Assembly: GCA_050253415.1 (NCBI GenBank)
Contig: JBFWJC010000001.1
Location: 1,480,679 to 1,544,678 of the forward strand
DNA length: 64,000 bases
Direction: 5' to 3'
DNA from: Pedobacter sp.
GTDB taxonomy: Bacteria > Desulfobacterota > Desulfuromonadia > Desulfuromonadales > Syntrophotaleaceae
Shown here: positions 18,737 through 30,451 of the stretch, one piece after another
Numbering within the stretch: position 1 is the first letter of the stretch
Layout: each line of letters starts with the position of its first letter
The notes under the pieces: generated by a model
What the model was told of the DNA's origin: nothing
Database searches by the model: none
The model's input: only the letters and a program-made list of their open reading frames with translations
Program-made: the position numbers and the translations under genes

Positions 18737-19818
18737 GGAGTCTCCTGTTGATGCGGATTGGTGTCAGCTTTTTGCTTCTGACTCCGGAGTCTATCAATAA
18801 TCTGAAGGGCAATACGCTGCGCGCCTTTGCCGTCCACGAGCTCACAGGCCTTTTGCATTTTTTTACGCAACCTGGGGGCGTTTAATAGTTGCGTGACTGC
18901 TTCTGCCACGTGGTTTTCCGATAGCTGGCGGTAATCGCCCAGAGATACAGCCATTCCGGCATCGGCAAGTGCTCCGGCGGAGTGAGCGTGATCCTGTGTC
19001 AGCCCCAAGAGTACGGCCGGTACATTGAGTGCTGCCAGTTCGTAAGCAGTGCCTCCAAAAGCTGCAACAGCCAGATCGGTACCGGCCATTAACGACGGCA
19101 TGTCGCTGACGTCACGTAGAAACTCAAACTTGTCTGGAAGGCTGGGGCGCAGTTGTTCCAGAGCCTGGTCATGTAAAAAAGCGCGACCCAGCACCACGCG
19201 GGCATAAAAGGGTTCCTTGACTTGGCATAAGGCCTTCAATGCCAACAAGGTCAAGCCTCCGGGGTCGCTGCCGCCCATGGTGACCAGAATCGAAGGAATC
19301 GGGTTTTGCGGTGGCGCCCGTCTAATGCTGAATTCGCGTCGTAACAGCAGATAGTCCCAGCCGATAAATGCCTGGCCGGTAAAGCGACTCCAATCCGCCT
19401 TGGTCATCTGGGGTACCGGCGGATAAAAAGCCAGGTCTGCTGCCTGGCGGCGATCGCTGGGATCGTCGATGACCGCTACGGTTAATCCATCGTTGCGCCA
19501 GCGGGACAAGGCCGAGGCGGGCAGTGTAGTCCGAATATCCAGAATCAGCCCTTTAAAGGAGTACTTCTCGACGAGAGAGTGGATCCATTGGGCTTCTTCG
19601 ATGTTGTCAGGTTTTGTGAAAACCGGGAAATTTGCCTGTTCAACCAAGGCCTCTGCCACACCTGTGCCGATTATGGCGAACCCGGGTTGCACGCCGTAAG
19701 AATCACGCAGTTCACACGCCAAAGCCAGACAGCGGACTATATGGCCCAAACCAAGTTGGGGGGAACCGTCGCACCGAATCAGGATTTGCAGGTGATTTTG
19801 GGTTGTTGGAATGCCCAT
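18733..19818 (-). CDS. pseG: UDP-2,4-diacetamido-2,4,6-trideoxy-L-altrose hydrolase (PseG/SpsG family)
   Basis: IRCDGSPQLGLGHIVRCLALA, VIDD, LLRREF, LVTMGGSDP, DLAVAAFGGTAYE. Confidence 0.85.
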   Translation of the reverse strand: MGIPTTQNHLQILIRCDGSPQLGLGHIVRCLALACELRDSYGVQPGFAIIGTGVAEALVEQANFPVFTKPDNIEEAQWIHSLVEKYSFKGLILDIRTTLPASALSRWRNDGLTVAVIDDPSDRRQAADLAFYPPVPQMTKADWSRFTGQAFIGWDYLLLRREFSIRRAPPQNPIPSILVTMGGSDPGGLTLLALKALCQVKEPFYARVVLGRAFLHDQALEQLRPSLPDKFEFLRDVSDMPSLMAGTDLAVAAFGGTAYELAALNVPAVLLGLTQDHAHSAGALADAGMAVSLGDYRQLSENHVAEAVTQLLNAPRLRKKMQKACELVDGKGAQRIALQIIDRLRSQKQKADTNPHQQETP

Positions 19819-19828
19819 CAGACCGCCG

Positions 19829-20545
19829 TTATCGGTTTTGATTCTTCAAAAATTGCAAAGCTTCTTCCAGGGAAACGATGTGTCCAGGTTTGTATAAATG
19901 AGCATACAGGGTCCGGAAAAATTCCAGGTCAGCCGCGGTGTCGATGGACAGCTTATACTCCCCCATAAAGGCCGGGTCGATATCAAACGGTACGGTTTTA
20001 AGTTCATCCATGTGATCGTAAGCATAAGCCGTGACATGTTCGTAGGTCCGTGGATTGTCCGGCGCAACCGTACGCGACCATTCCAGCGCCCGGCGCGAGA
20101 TGGGTCCGGCTCCCTGGTAGGCGGAAGGTCCGTTGCATGTTGGACGGATACAATCCGCATCCTGTTCCATAATCGCAGCCGTGCTTTGATCCATGAATTC
20201 GGGATCGAACAGGGGGGCGTCACCGCAAATGCGTATGATGTAATCGGCGTCGGCATCGTCAATAGCGAGGAAAAATCTTTGCATGACGTTATCCTCGGAG
20301 CCGCGTACTACCTTCAAACCCATTTTTTGCGCCAGTTCAACCAACGGATCATCGATCGGCTGGTCCGTGGTGGCGAGGTAGACCGCCTGCGCGCAGCGTA
20401 TCTGCAAAGCCCGCGCAATAATGTGATACATAAGCGGTTGCCCCATAATAGGTTCGAGCATTTTCCCCGGCAGCCGACTTGATCCCATGCGGGCCTGAAT
20501 GATGGCGATAACTTTTTTTGATTTACTGATATTGTTACCTGTCAT
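19829..20545 (-). CDS. Cytidylyltransferase, SpsF-type (probable CMP-nonulosonate synthetase)
   Basis: AIIQARMGSSRLPGK, RGSEDNV, RICGDAP, EHVT, LSIDTAAD; TAATG overlap with the upstream gene. Confidence 0.85.
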   Translation of the reverse strand: MTGNNISKSKKVIAIIQARMGSSRLPGKMLEPIMGQPLMYHIIARALQIRCAQAVYLATTDQPIDDPLVELAQKMGLKVVRGSEDNVMQRFFLAIDDADADYIIRICGDAPLFDPEFMDQSTAAIMEQDADCIRPTCNGPSAYQGAGPISRRALEWSRTVAPDNPRTYEHVTAYAYDHMDELKTVPFDIDPAFMGEYKLSIDTAADLEFFRTLYAHLYKPGHIVSLEEALQFLKNQNR

Positions 20546-21474
20546 TAATCTATTCCCCAGAATCGCGGGTCGATAAGTGTTTCTTCGGTTGCGGCCAGCT
20601 CGCATGCTTCGGCACATTGACCGGTCGATAACGGACCCTGTCCAGCTATGGCCAGAGCTGTATGCAGTTCCTGCAGCGATGAAACTCCGACAAGTACGGA
20701 GCTCAGAGCCTCCTCTGCCAGACAAAATCGCAGGGCCGCCTCGGGTAAAGTCAGGGCATGACCTTCCGCCCAGTCGGCCGCTGTTGCGGCAAGATTCTTG
20801 AGTTTGTCCAATCGCGCCGGGAGATGCTGGCGGCGCGAGGTAAGAACCCCTTTTAAAAAGACCGACCGCCCGAGTACGGCGATGCCACGCTGTTTGGCAG
20901 CGGGCAGAACCTTGTCCGCCATGCGCTGATCCAGAAGATTGTAGGCGATCTGCAAGGTGGCGATGTCCGGATGCGTCAACGATGCCATTGCCGCCTCTTC
21001 TCCATAGACGGAAGCACCGATAGCGCCGATCTTGCCCTGGTCGCGGGCTTGCATCAGGATTTCCATCAGCGGCGAATCGAACAATTGGCAGGCGGTTGCG
21101 TTATGAATCTGCACCAGGTCAAGCCGTTCGCGGCCCAGATTGCGCAGGCTGCGCTCCAGGCTTTGCAGCACCGCATCGGGGGAGATGGCATCCTCGCCGA
21201 AGGGGCCGATCTTTGTAGCGATATGCACTCCGGCGTGACCTGTGGCGCGCAGGGCTTTGCCTACGAAGACTTCGCTCTCACCGTAGGCCGGCGCCGTATC
21301 CAGAAGGTTGATTCCGTTTTCCAGCGCAGTGCGAATGATGGCCTCGGCCTCGGCGGTTTGAGGACGATTGGCTTTACCGGGGGCGCCGATGCCGTATTCC
21401 ATGCCCAATTCGACGGTGCCCAGGGTAATACGGGAAACGCGCAAATCGGCTTGCGTGATTTCATGGTATTCCAT
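20545..21474 (-). CDS. Aldo/keto reductase
   Basis: ITLGTVELG..YG, DTAPAYGESE, ATK, SLRNL...LDLVQIH, GASVY, QIAYNLLDQR, RSVFLKG. Confidence 0.9.
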   Translation of the reverse strand: MEYHEITQADLRVSRITLGTVELGMEYGIGAPGKANRPQTAEAEAIIRTALENGINLLDTAPAYGESEVFVGKALRATGHAGVHIATKIGPFGEDAISPDAVLQSLERSLRNLGRERLDLVQIHNATACQLFDSPLMEILMQARDQGKIGAIGASVYGEEAAMASLTHPDIATLQIAYNLLDQRMADKVLPAAKQRGIAVLGRSVFLKGVLTSRRQHLPARLDKLKNLAATAADWAEGHALTLPEAALRFCLAEEALSSVLVGVSSLQELHTALAIAGQGPLSTGQCAEACELAATEETLIDPRFWGID

Positions 21475-21479
21475 GGCGG

Positions 21480-22280
21480 TTACCATGCCGTCCAGCCGCC
21501 GTCTACCACGAGATTCTGCCCGGTTACCCAAGCCGATGCGTCCGAGGCAAGGAACAGCACCGCTCCTTTGAGATCGTCGCTACCGGCCATGCGTCCCAAA
21601 GGGGTTTTGGCGACGTACTGACTGATGAATTGCTCATCCTGGTTGTTGAACAGGCCTCCGGGGGTCAGGCAGTTTACCCTGATTTTTGGTGCCCAGAAAG
21701 TTGCCAGGTAGCGCGTCATCTGGATCAGAGCCGCTTTGGTCATTCCATAGACCAATGGACTGTTGGTGCCGGTCGATCCGTAGATCCGCTGATCGGGTGC
21801 CACCATGCCGTAAATACTGGATAGGTTGATCATGACGCCGCCATCGTTTTCCAGCATGTGCGGAGCGGTTGCCCGTGATATCAGCATGGTGCCGGTAATG
21901 TTGACCGCCAGTACCTGATTCCAGTCCTTGAGAGAAACCGTTTCGAACGATTCAAAGTGATTGCTGCAAGCATTGTTGACCAGAATATCCAGGCGGCCCG
22001 CGTCAGAGATAAGGGTGTCGACAACGGAAGAAATGCTTTGTTCGCTTTCCAGGTCGAGGGCCAGGCCACGAACATCCAGCCCTTGACCACGCAGCTTTTC
22101 AGCGGTCTGCTGTACATGGGCAAGGTTGCGTGACGTGATGAAAACCGTTGCACCTGCTTCTGCCAGGGCCTGGACAGCTTGCGATCCGTACCCGTTGCCG
22201 GTCCCACCGGTAACCAGCGCAACCCGGCCTTTAAGGCAGAACAGATCCTGGGTGTTTCTGGCTTGTTGCATTTCAGGCAT
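21480..22280 (-). CDS. SDR family oxidoreductase (PtmA-like flagellin-modification type)
   Basis: VTGGTGNGYG, LVNNA, NLSSIYG, YGMTK, RVNCLTPGG, VTGQNLVVDGG; ATG at 22280 overlaps the upstream gene end. Confidence 0.85.
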   Translation of the reverse strand: MPEMQQARNTQDLFCLKGRVALVTGGTGNGYGSQAVQALAEAGATVFITSRNLAHVQQTAEKLRGQGLDVRGLALDLESEQSISSVVDTLISDAGRLDILVNNACSNHFESFETVSLKDWNQVLAVNITGTMLISRATAPHMLENDGGVMINLSSIYGMVAPDQRIYGSTGTNSPLVYGMTKAALIQMTRYLATFWAPKIRVNCLTPGGLFNNQDEQFISQYVAKTPLGRMAGSDDLKGAVLFLASDASAWVTGQNLVVDGGWTAW

Positions 22281-23132
22281 GACCAAATCCTTTTCGCACA
22301 TGTTTGAAGGGTCGCAGCCCATCCGAGGGATCTGCCCGCCATTCGCGGTCCGGCAGTTCACTGGCGACCGGGCTTTTATGGCCGTCGCCGTCGGCGCACA
22401 AGCCCTGATCAATATTCCGGATAACCTCTTTCATCGGCTCAGGCAGCCAGCAGTGACCGGCAGTAAATTCCTCACCTTGACCGTCCAGGTCGAGATGAAA
22501 TTCGATCATGGAAGCCTGCCAGCGATTTACCGCTCGGTTGATTACGCCCGGGACTACGCTGTGATCGGACCAGCCGACCTTGCAGTCGAAGGTCTTGCGC
22601 AGGGTCTCCATGGCCGCCAGGTTGCATTCGGCGGCAGGGGAGGGGTAGCTTGAAACACAGTGCAGTAAGGTCAGGTCGCTGCATCCGGAAGCTTTCAGAC
22701 AGGTTACGGCAGCAGCGATTTCATCCATCGTGGCCATGCCCGTTGAAATAATTACGGGTTTCCCGGTGGCAGCACAGTCTTGCAGAAGATCGGTCCATAG
22801 CAGTTCGTAGGAGGCGATCTTGAAAAAATCGACATGCGGTTCCAGTACCTCGACCGCTTGCAAGTGAAACGGTGTGCAACCGAAGGCAATGCCGCGCTGT
22901 TGGCAGTGTTGTGCCAGTCGGGGGATAAATTCTTCGGGAAGTTCCCAGTTTCGGCGCTGGCGGTGCATTTCGCTTTTAGCCAGGATCTCTGGAGCAAAAA
23001 GCTCGTCAATGCGAAACAGTTGAAACTTTACCCCCCAGCACCCTATATCGGCCGAACGATCGATAAAGTTAAAGCATCGTTGCAAATCACGGTGATGGTT
23101 GCTGGAAACCTCGGAAATAAATAACGGTTTCG

Positions 23133-23136
<4 letters not shown>
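22273..23136 (-). CDS. pseI: N-acetylneuraminate-synthase family nonulosonic acid synthase, short form without SAF domain
   Basis: SEVSSNH, VKFQ, TPF, KIASYE, IISTGMA, LHCVSSYP, GWSDH, IEFH; follows pseB-pseC. The symbol rests on context. Confidence 0.75.
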
Positions 23137-25336
<2,200 letters not shown>

Positions 25337-25379
25337 TTATCGGGTTTTACGGCATTATTAGCAATGCTTACGGTGTTAC

Positions 25380-25396
25380 TGCAAAAAAAAAGCCAG
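25380..25396 (-). promoter_or_regulatory. sigma54 promoter motif upstream of pseB, with a T9 spacer
   Basis: Minus strand CTGGCTTTTTTTTTGCA = GG-N10-GC, about 77 nt upstream of the pseB ATG. Confidence 0.65.
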
Positions 25397-25899
25397 AGAT
25401 TTCCAGAGAGGTGGTTTTATCGATGATTTAGACGTGATGATTCGTTTTTGAGATATTTTTTTTTGTATAAGACGACTTTCTTGCGGTTGTTTAATGTTTT
25501 GTGTTTTGTCGTCTTAAAAAATCCGACCGGAGAGTAACATAATCACATAATGAAACCGATTCGGATTGGAGGGAGATGCGTGCGAATCAGATCTTTTTAT
25601 TACCTGGTCAAATAATTGGCTGGCATGCAGGTCGGGGGTGTGAGGGCGTAATTGTCTCGTTAAGCATAGTCTGTTACCCCCCCTAAAAAAGTGCGTGGGG
25701 GGAAAAGGGCAAGGGGGATAGTTCCGGATGGCTTAAGGAGGATATTTATTTTTATATACAAATACAGTGAAGAGGGCCGTCAAAAATACGACAAATCGAT
25801 TTTCGAAAAATAATATTAAGGAGTTTATGGTGCTGTTTGGCTTGCAAACCGGATCTGCATCATGTTGCGGATGCTTCGCCAGTGATCATTCCTGTCTGA

Positions 25900-28407
25900 T
25901 CATGAACTCGGTGGATTGTTTGAGAGTTCAAGAGACTTTTGGGCCGCTTCGTTTTTCGGGTCTTGAGTAAGTATGTGCTGGAAAACTGTCTGGGCATATT
26001 CATGTTGTCCCAGTTGTTGGTAGAGTTGGCCTACTTTCAGTAAAACCATCAAATCTTCAGGGAACCGCTCCAGGTAATCGGCGTAGGCATCAAGAGCGGT
26101 TTTGGTCTGGCCGAGCATGTTTGCTAAATCCGCGTATTGCGCAAGATACATGGGGGAATGCCCGGTCAGGCATTCCAGGGCCAGAAGAGCGTTCTGGGGG
26201 TTGTTAAGTTCCAGGGAAAGAGAAGCGATGCGGCGTAATGCATCCTCTGCTACCCCTTCTGATGCAGATTCCAGAACGTTTTGATATTCTTCAAAAGCCT
26301 TGGCAAAATCATTTTCAAGTTCGGCCAGATAGGCTTCTGCCAGGTGGCAAACTGCTTTGTTGTTTTCCTCCGGCGATGCGACCAGTCCCTGGTGAATGCC
26401 TGTCAAGGCTGTCCGATCCCTGTTTTTGAAAAGAATTCGGAGCCTGTGACGGGCCATTTCCGGAGAGGCGCAGCCCTTGGTGCCCGATACAAGATATTCG
26501 GGATTATGTGCAAGGCTATTTTCGAAATCATTTTTGGCCTGGGACAGTTGGAGATCCATTGCATTTGGATTTTTGCCCTTATTATTGCCATGGCGACGGT
26601 GCCATATCAAGGCACGCCCTGTTTCCGCGTTAGCTCGCCAAGCGTTAACGAGTTGGGTCAAATCTGCCTGGGGATCTTCTTCTGACAGGCGCAATTCAAC
26701 CCTTGCAATAGAATTTTGGATAAACTGGAGCATTTGTGCGGCACTGTCTATGTAGGCCTGATAATAAATACGACCGGTTTCCTCTATCTGTTCATCACTC
26801 CACTCACGAGTGCTGTCAGGCCGGGAAATTTTTAGAAACTGGCGTAATCCCCCTTCTTTAATCAGGTTGGCGTAGGTCGCAATATGTGGTCTGCACAATG
26901 CTTTTTCAACCTTGTCCATGCGTATTTTGTACTTGTAATCCGCATGCATGCCATTTCGGCCAAACAGGCCATCGTTACATTTCAACCCTTCTTTGGCGAG
27001 CTTCTGTATTTTCAGGATGTTTTTTTCCGCAATCCGAAGTTTTTCCAGAACCTTTTTGAAATAATCTTTCCTGGTTTCAGCATTGTCTTCTGGAAGTGCT
27101 AGTCGAATTTTATCCCATGCAGGTTCGGCCAATGGTTCAAAATCTATATTTTCCAGGGGCGTATGTACAATGTTTGAAATCTTGGCGGCTAAAGGAGTCG
27201 GGTTAATTGTTTTGCAACCATTTTTCAATGCAAATTCTGCCAGGTTTCCCAACGAGGTAATGGCTTCAGCCATTGCCCTGGTAGTAAAGGTTCTGATCCC
27301 CTGGTTGGTTTCAATTTGTGCATCAAATTGATGGAACTGGGGGCCTGCCTGACGTTCGTAACTGCCCTTTGCATGCGAATAGCCTTCAGGACTGAAACAC
27401 AGGTCGACACCGGCCAGGATAATTTGGGCAAACCCCATTTGCATGGCGGTTGCAAAGGCGGCGTTGGTGACTGTGGGGCCTACGGCGTCGAGAAAGGTCT
27501 CTGTGGATGTTTCCTGCCATGGGAAACGATTGCCGATAAAAGCTGTCGGTCCCTGCCACTGGCTTAGAAGTTGAGGAACCACATGGAAGCTATTAACAAA
27601 CAGGGTGCTTTCTCCGAAAAAAAGCATCTCTTTGCTGACATCGAAGCTGGGTTGATGCGGATCGACGGAAAAGAAAATATCCGGAACCAGTTCAACTTCT
27701 TTAAGTCGACGGGCAATACGGGATACCGCCAACACCACCAATTGCTTCCGGTGTTTTTGTATCCAGGGAAGGTGGTCATCCAGGGAAGGACCGCCAGCTA
27801 AAAGCACAGCTGTTTTTCCGGGGAATAGATCTTTCAGGCAGACTGCTGAAAAACGGTTTTCCGCCAGGTTCTCGAGTTGGCGTTCAATAAAAGTATGGTT
27901 GCTTAACTGGACTTTGATTTGCCAGGCAAAGGAATCGATAAATTCCCTGGCGACCCAATACAATTCGGGGTAATCGGGTAAATAGGCATCGCCTGCGGCG
28001 AGTGATTTCCAGATGAGAATTTTTTCCGTGTAGAGGTAATTTTGAAATTCCAATTGGTCAGCTGTGTTCTTAAGTTGATCAATGGAAATACAGCTGATTT
28101 CTTCGGGCAGAGTATCCAGCAACCCCTCTTGTTTCAAACGGTTGATGACTTGGGGAAGTTCAATGAATACATAGCGGGATACGTCAGGAATGCTGGTTTT
28201 AATGATATGTCTGAGCAGTAGTCCCGAATCGGTGCCTACCACAATGTGCAGGGTTTTCTCTGCGAAAAGCGCCTCGCCAAAGTGCTTTTTATATTGGGCT
28301 GAAGCGCCGATACGGTTAAAAATTTCGCGATTAACCGGATACAGGTAGCGGTCTCCAAAATCGTTGGAGATGAACGGTCCCAGGTCAAACGTAGTAAGAT
28401 TGTCCAC
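25900..28407 (-). CDS. Motility-associated factor (Maf/DUF115, MptE-like) flagellin glycosyltransferase candidate with C-terminal TPR repeats
   Basis: AVLLAGGPSLD, PDIFFSVDP, GPTVTNAA...MGFAQIILAGVDL...SHA; helical TPR-like C-terminus; lies between fliW and pseB. Confidence 0.8.
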   Translation of the reverse strand: MDNLTTFDLGPFISNDFGDRYLYPVNREIFNRIGASAQYKKHFGEALFAEKTLHIVVGTDSGLLLRHIIKTSIPDVSRYVFIELPQVINRLKQEGLLDTLPEEISCISIDQLKNTADQLEFQNYLYTEKILIWKSLAAGDAYLPDYPELYWVAREFIDSFAWQIKVQLSNHTFIERQLENLAENRFSAVCLKDLFPGKTAVLLAGGPSLDDHLPWIQKHRKQLVVLAVSRIARRLKEVELVPDIFFSVDPHQPSFDVSKEMLFFGESTLFVNSFHVVPQLLSQWQGPTAFIGNRFPWQETSTETFLDAVGPTVTNAAFATAMQMGFAQIILAGVDLCFSPEGYSHAKGSYERQAGPQFHQFDAQIETNQGIRTFTTRAMAEAITSLGNLAEFALKNGCKTINPTPLAAKISNIVHTPLENIDFEPLAEPAWDKIRLALPEDNAETRKDYFKKVLEKLRIAEKNILKIQKLAKEGLKCNDGLFGRNGMHADYKYKIRMDKVEKALCRPHIATYANLIKEGGLRQFLKISRPDSTREWSDEQIEETGRIYYQAYIDSAAQMLQFIQNSIARVELRLSEEDPQADLTQLVNAWRANAETGRALIWHRRHGNNKGKNPNAMDLQLSQAKNDFENSLAHNPEYLVSGTKGCASPEMARHRLRILFKNRDRTALTGIHQGLVASPEENNKAVCHLAEAYLAELENDFAKAFEEYQNVLESASEGVAEDALRRIASLSLELNNPQNALLALECLTGHSPMYLAQYADLANMLGQTKTALDAYADYLERFPEDLMVLLKVGQLYQQLGQHEYAQTVFQHILTQDPKNEAAQKSLELSNNPPSS

Positions 28408-28712
28408 AAGCGCCTCTTTTCGTGCAGATAATCGATTAACAAACCGGTTGGCAGAAGCTTTTTCAAGAAATCCTGTTCCAAGAGGTCAGCAACGCCGAAC
28501 TGGTTCCGGGTGCCTGAGAACCGGAGGTTTTTCGAGTCGAGAAGGGAACGTCAAATCCCATCAGGATGGTACTGTCTATTTTCAGCCGGGCAGGGAGGCT
28601 CCTGGTACCTTTTTGTTTGAGAAAAAATAGTAAAGGTCCGCCCCTATGATAACCGGTATCTAACGCGTATCGCCGCGCAGACGTGACGGCTCCTGCCCCG
28701 TTGTGTTGTTGC

Positions 28713-29135
28713 TTATGCCGGTAATGGCTCCCGCGTCTTATATTGGCTGTTTTCCAGCGCCACCTGGATAGCGCGGTTGGTGGCCGGAGCAAACAGAATG
28801 GGTGCCATGAGGTTGAGGGTCACCTTACGATCCGGCGGCACGGTGACGACGGCAAGCGTATGGCATTCATCCTCTTTGTCGATGCCGAGTTTTGCACGTT
28901 CGCGCGCATCGGGCACCACCTTGTAGTCAAGAAAGAAGTTGGTCGGATCGGTCAGGACAAAGGCAATGTCCGGATCGTCCACGCTCTGGATCCAGAACAG
29001 CGGCCCGTCTTTGCGGTTAGGCATAACGATAAAGTCGCGCAGAGTTTCGAAACCGATCAATCCTTCGGTGAACAGAACGGTATTGCTCGGATCGTATTCG
29101 ACCTCGCCAAAGCGTGTCATGATTGTTTTTTTCAT
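28713..29135 (-). CDS. fliW: Flagellar assembly factor FliW
   Basis: TRFGEV, FTEGLIGFE, WIQSVDDPDIAF...DP, TLNLMAPI; ATGA overlap with csrA. Confidence 0.93.
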   Translation of the reverse strand: MKKTIMTRFGEVEYDPSNTVLFTEGLIGFETLRDFIVMPNRKDGPLFWIQSVDDPDIAFVLTDPTNFFLDYKVVPDARERAKLGIDKEDECHTLAVVTVPPDRKVTLNLMAPILFAPATNRAIQVALENSQYKTREPLPA

Positions 29136-29371
29136 AGCGACTCCTTCTTCACCATGACTGAAGTCAGCATATCGAGATCGGCAAGGTTCCACTGGCTGGC
29201 CTCCCTGTTTTCAAGACAGATACGATCGTAGATTTCCTGGCGGTAGATTTTTTTATCGGCAGGAGCTTCGATCCCTATACGGATCCCGGCCCCTTTGGTT
29301 TCTATGAAAGTGATTTTGATATCGTCCCCGATGACGATGCCTTCACCGGGTTTTCTGGTCAGTACCAGCAT
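29132..29371 (-). CDS. csrA: Carbon storage regulator CsrA
   Basis: MLVLTRKPGEGIVIGDDI...RIGIEAP...IYRQEIY..I..EN. Confidence 0.95.
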   Translation of the reverse strand: MLVLTRKPGEGIVIGDDIKITFIETKGAGIRIGIEAPADKKIYRQEIYDRICLENREASQWNLADLDMLTSVMVKKESL

Positions 29372-29376
29372 ATCGC

Positions 29377-29411
29377 CCTCCATGGCTGCGCTGGACCCTT
29401 CTCCAAGGGTC
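29377..29411 (-). promoter_or_regulatory. Candidate CsrA-binding sites in the csrA leader
   Basis: GACCCTT-GGAG-AAGGGTC hairpin with GGA in the loop; CATGGAGG (CANGGANG) overlaps the SD. Confidence 0.55.
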
Positions 29412-29495
29412 TTTAATTCCGGTTGTCGTTTTCAGCTCATTACATGAGCCGGCGACAGTGGGGTAGGTGAGTTATCTCCTGAGAGTGATGCCTCG

Positions 29496-30386
29496 TCAGA
29501 GGTAATCAAGAATGGAAAGATCGCTGATCTTTGCCGTCACACTTAATGCTGCTTGCAAGGCCTGTTCCTGTTGGGCCAGATTTGTGTAGGCTTCGATCGC
29601 ATCGGCATCGCGATAACTGGAAAGTTTTGCTTCCATGGAATCCGCAAAATCCTGCATGCGGATATCGGCGTCGTCCAAACGTTTAGCCGTTATGCCTATT
29701 TTGCTGCGATAGCTGCGTATCTGGTCGGCCCCGGCTTCCAGATCATCCAAGCGGGACAATGCCTGTTCCGTATCCATGGAACTCAGATTTTGCTGCAAGT
29801 CGTCCAGCAGTTGAAAAATATTCATGCCGCCACCCTGGCCTTGGAACAGTTCCGCTCCTGTCAGGTTTGTGACAACTTTTTGACTAGGTCCGATCTGCAG
29901 TTCTGCATGGTTATCATCCCCCTGATACAGGGTAGGATCGCTTGAGTCGGGGAACGGTTTGGTATTTATAGCAAAACCTGAAAACAGGTACTTGCCTTCG
30001 ATCTGGGTGTTAGCCAGAGAATAGGCTTCTTCCTTCAGCAACGTGATCTGCTGCGCATAAGTGCCGATATCGCTTTGGCTGAGCGCTCCGTTGCCGGTGG
30101 CCAGCACGATTTCCTTGGCCTGCACCATGAGGTTTTCAAACTGATCCAGCGTCGAATCCAGGTTGGAAAGTTGACTCGTTGCCGAAGCGATGGTGGTTTG
30201 GTAACGCTCACCGCTGCGCATCTGGCTCTGTATGGACAGAACCGAAGAAACGGCCGAGGGATCATCCGAGGGGGTGTTAAGCTTGATGCCGGTGGCTGCC
30301 GTTTCCTGGTATTGCTGCAGCTTTAAGCTTGAGCGGTTGACCTGGGATTGCAGGGTCCGGTATGTAGCGGTCAATGTGGTTTTCAT
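29496..30386 (-). CDS. flgL: Flagellar hook-associated protein 3
   Basis: ATGIKLNTPSDDP, LANTQIEGKYLFSG, YQGD, C-terminal LSILDYL. Confidence 0.93.
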   Translation of the reverse strand: MKTTLTATYRTLQSQVNRSSLKLQQYQETAATGIKLNTPSDDPSAVSSVLSIQSQMRSGERYQTTIASATSQLSNLDSTLDQFENLMVQAKEIVLATGNGALSQSDIGTYAQQITLLKEEAYSLANTQIEGKYLFSGFAINTKPFPDSSDPTLYQGDDNHAELQIGPSQKVVTNLTGAELFQGQGGGMNIFQLLDDLQQNLSSMDTEQALSRLDDLEAGADQIRSYRSKIGITAKRLDDADIRMQDFADSMEAKLSSYRDADAIEAYTNLAQQEQALQAALSVTAKISDLSILDYL

Positions 30387-30451
30387 CACCTACCTCTTAG
30401 TTCATGCAGGGTGAAGGCTCAAGGCTGCCGGGAAAAGCCAAATCGTGCAGG

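Noticed and set aside
25400..25899. c-di-GMP/cGAMP (GEMM) riboswitch, or a small ORF (25767-25970), in the maf-pseB spacer
   Set aside because: No GGCAAA...GAAA...GACGCAAA-like core seen on either strand; the ORF is short, antisense and featureless.
28463..28792. 109-aa minus-strand ORF overlapping fliW
   Set aside because: It overlaps fliW out of frame, has no clear RBS and no recognisable motif.
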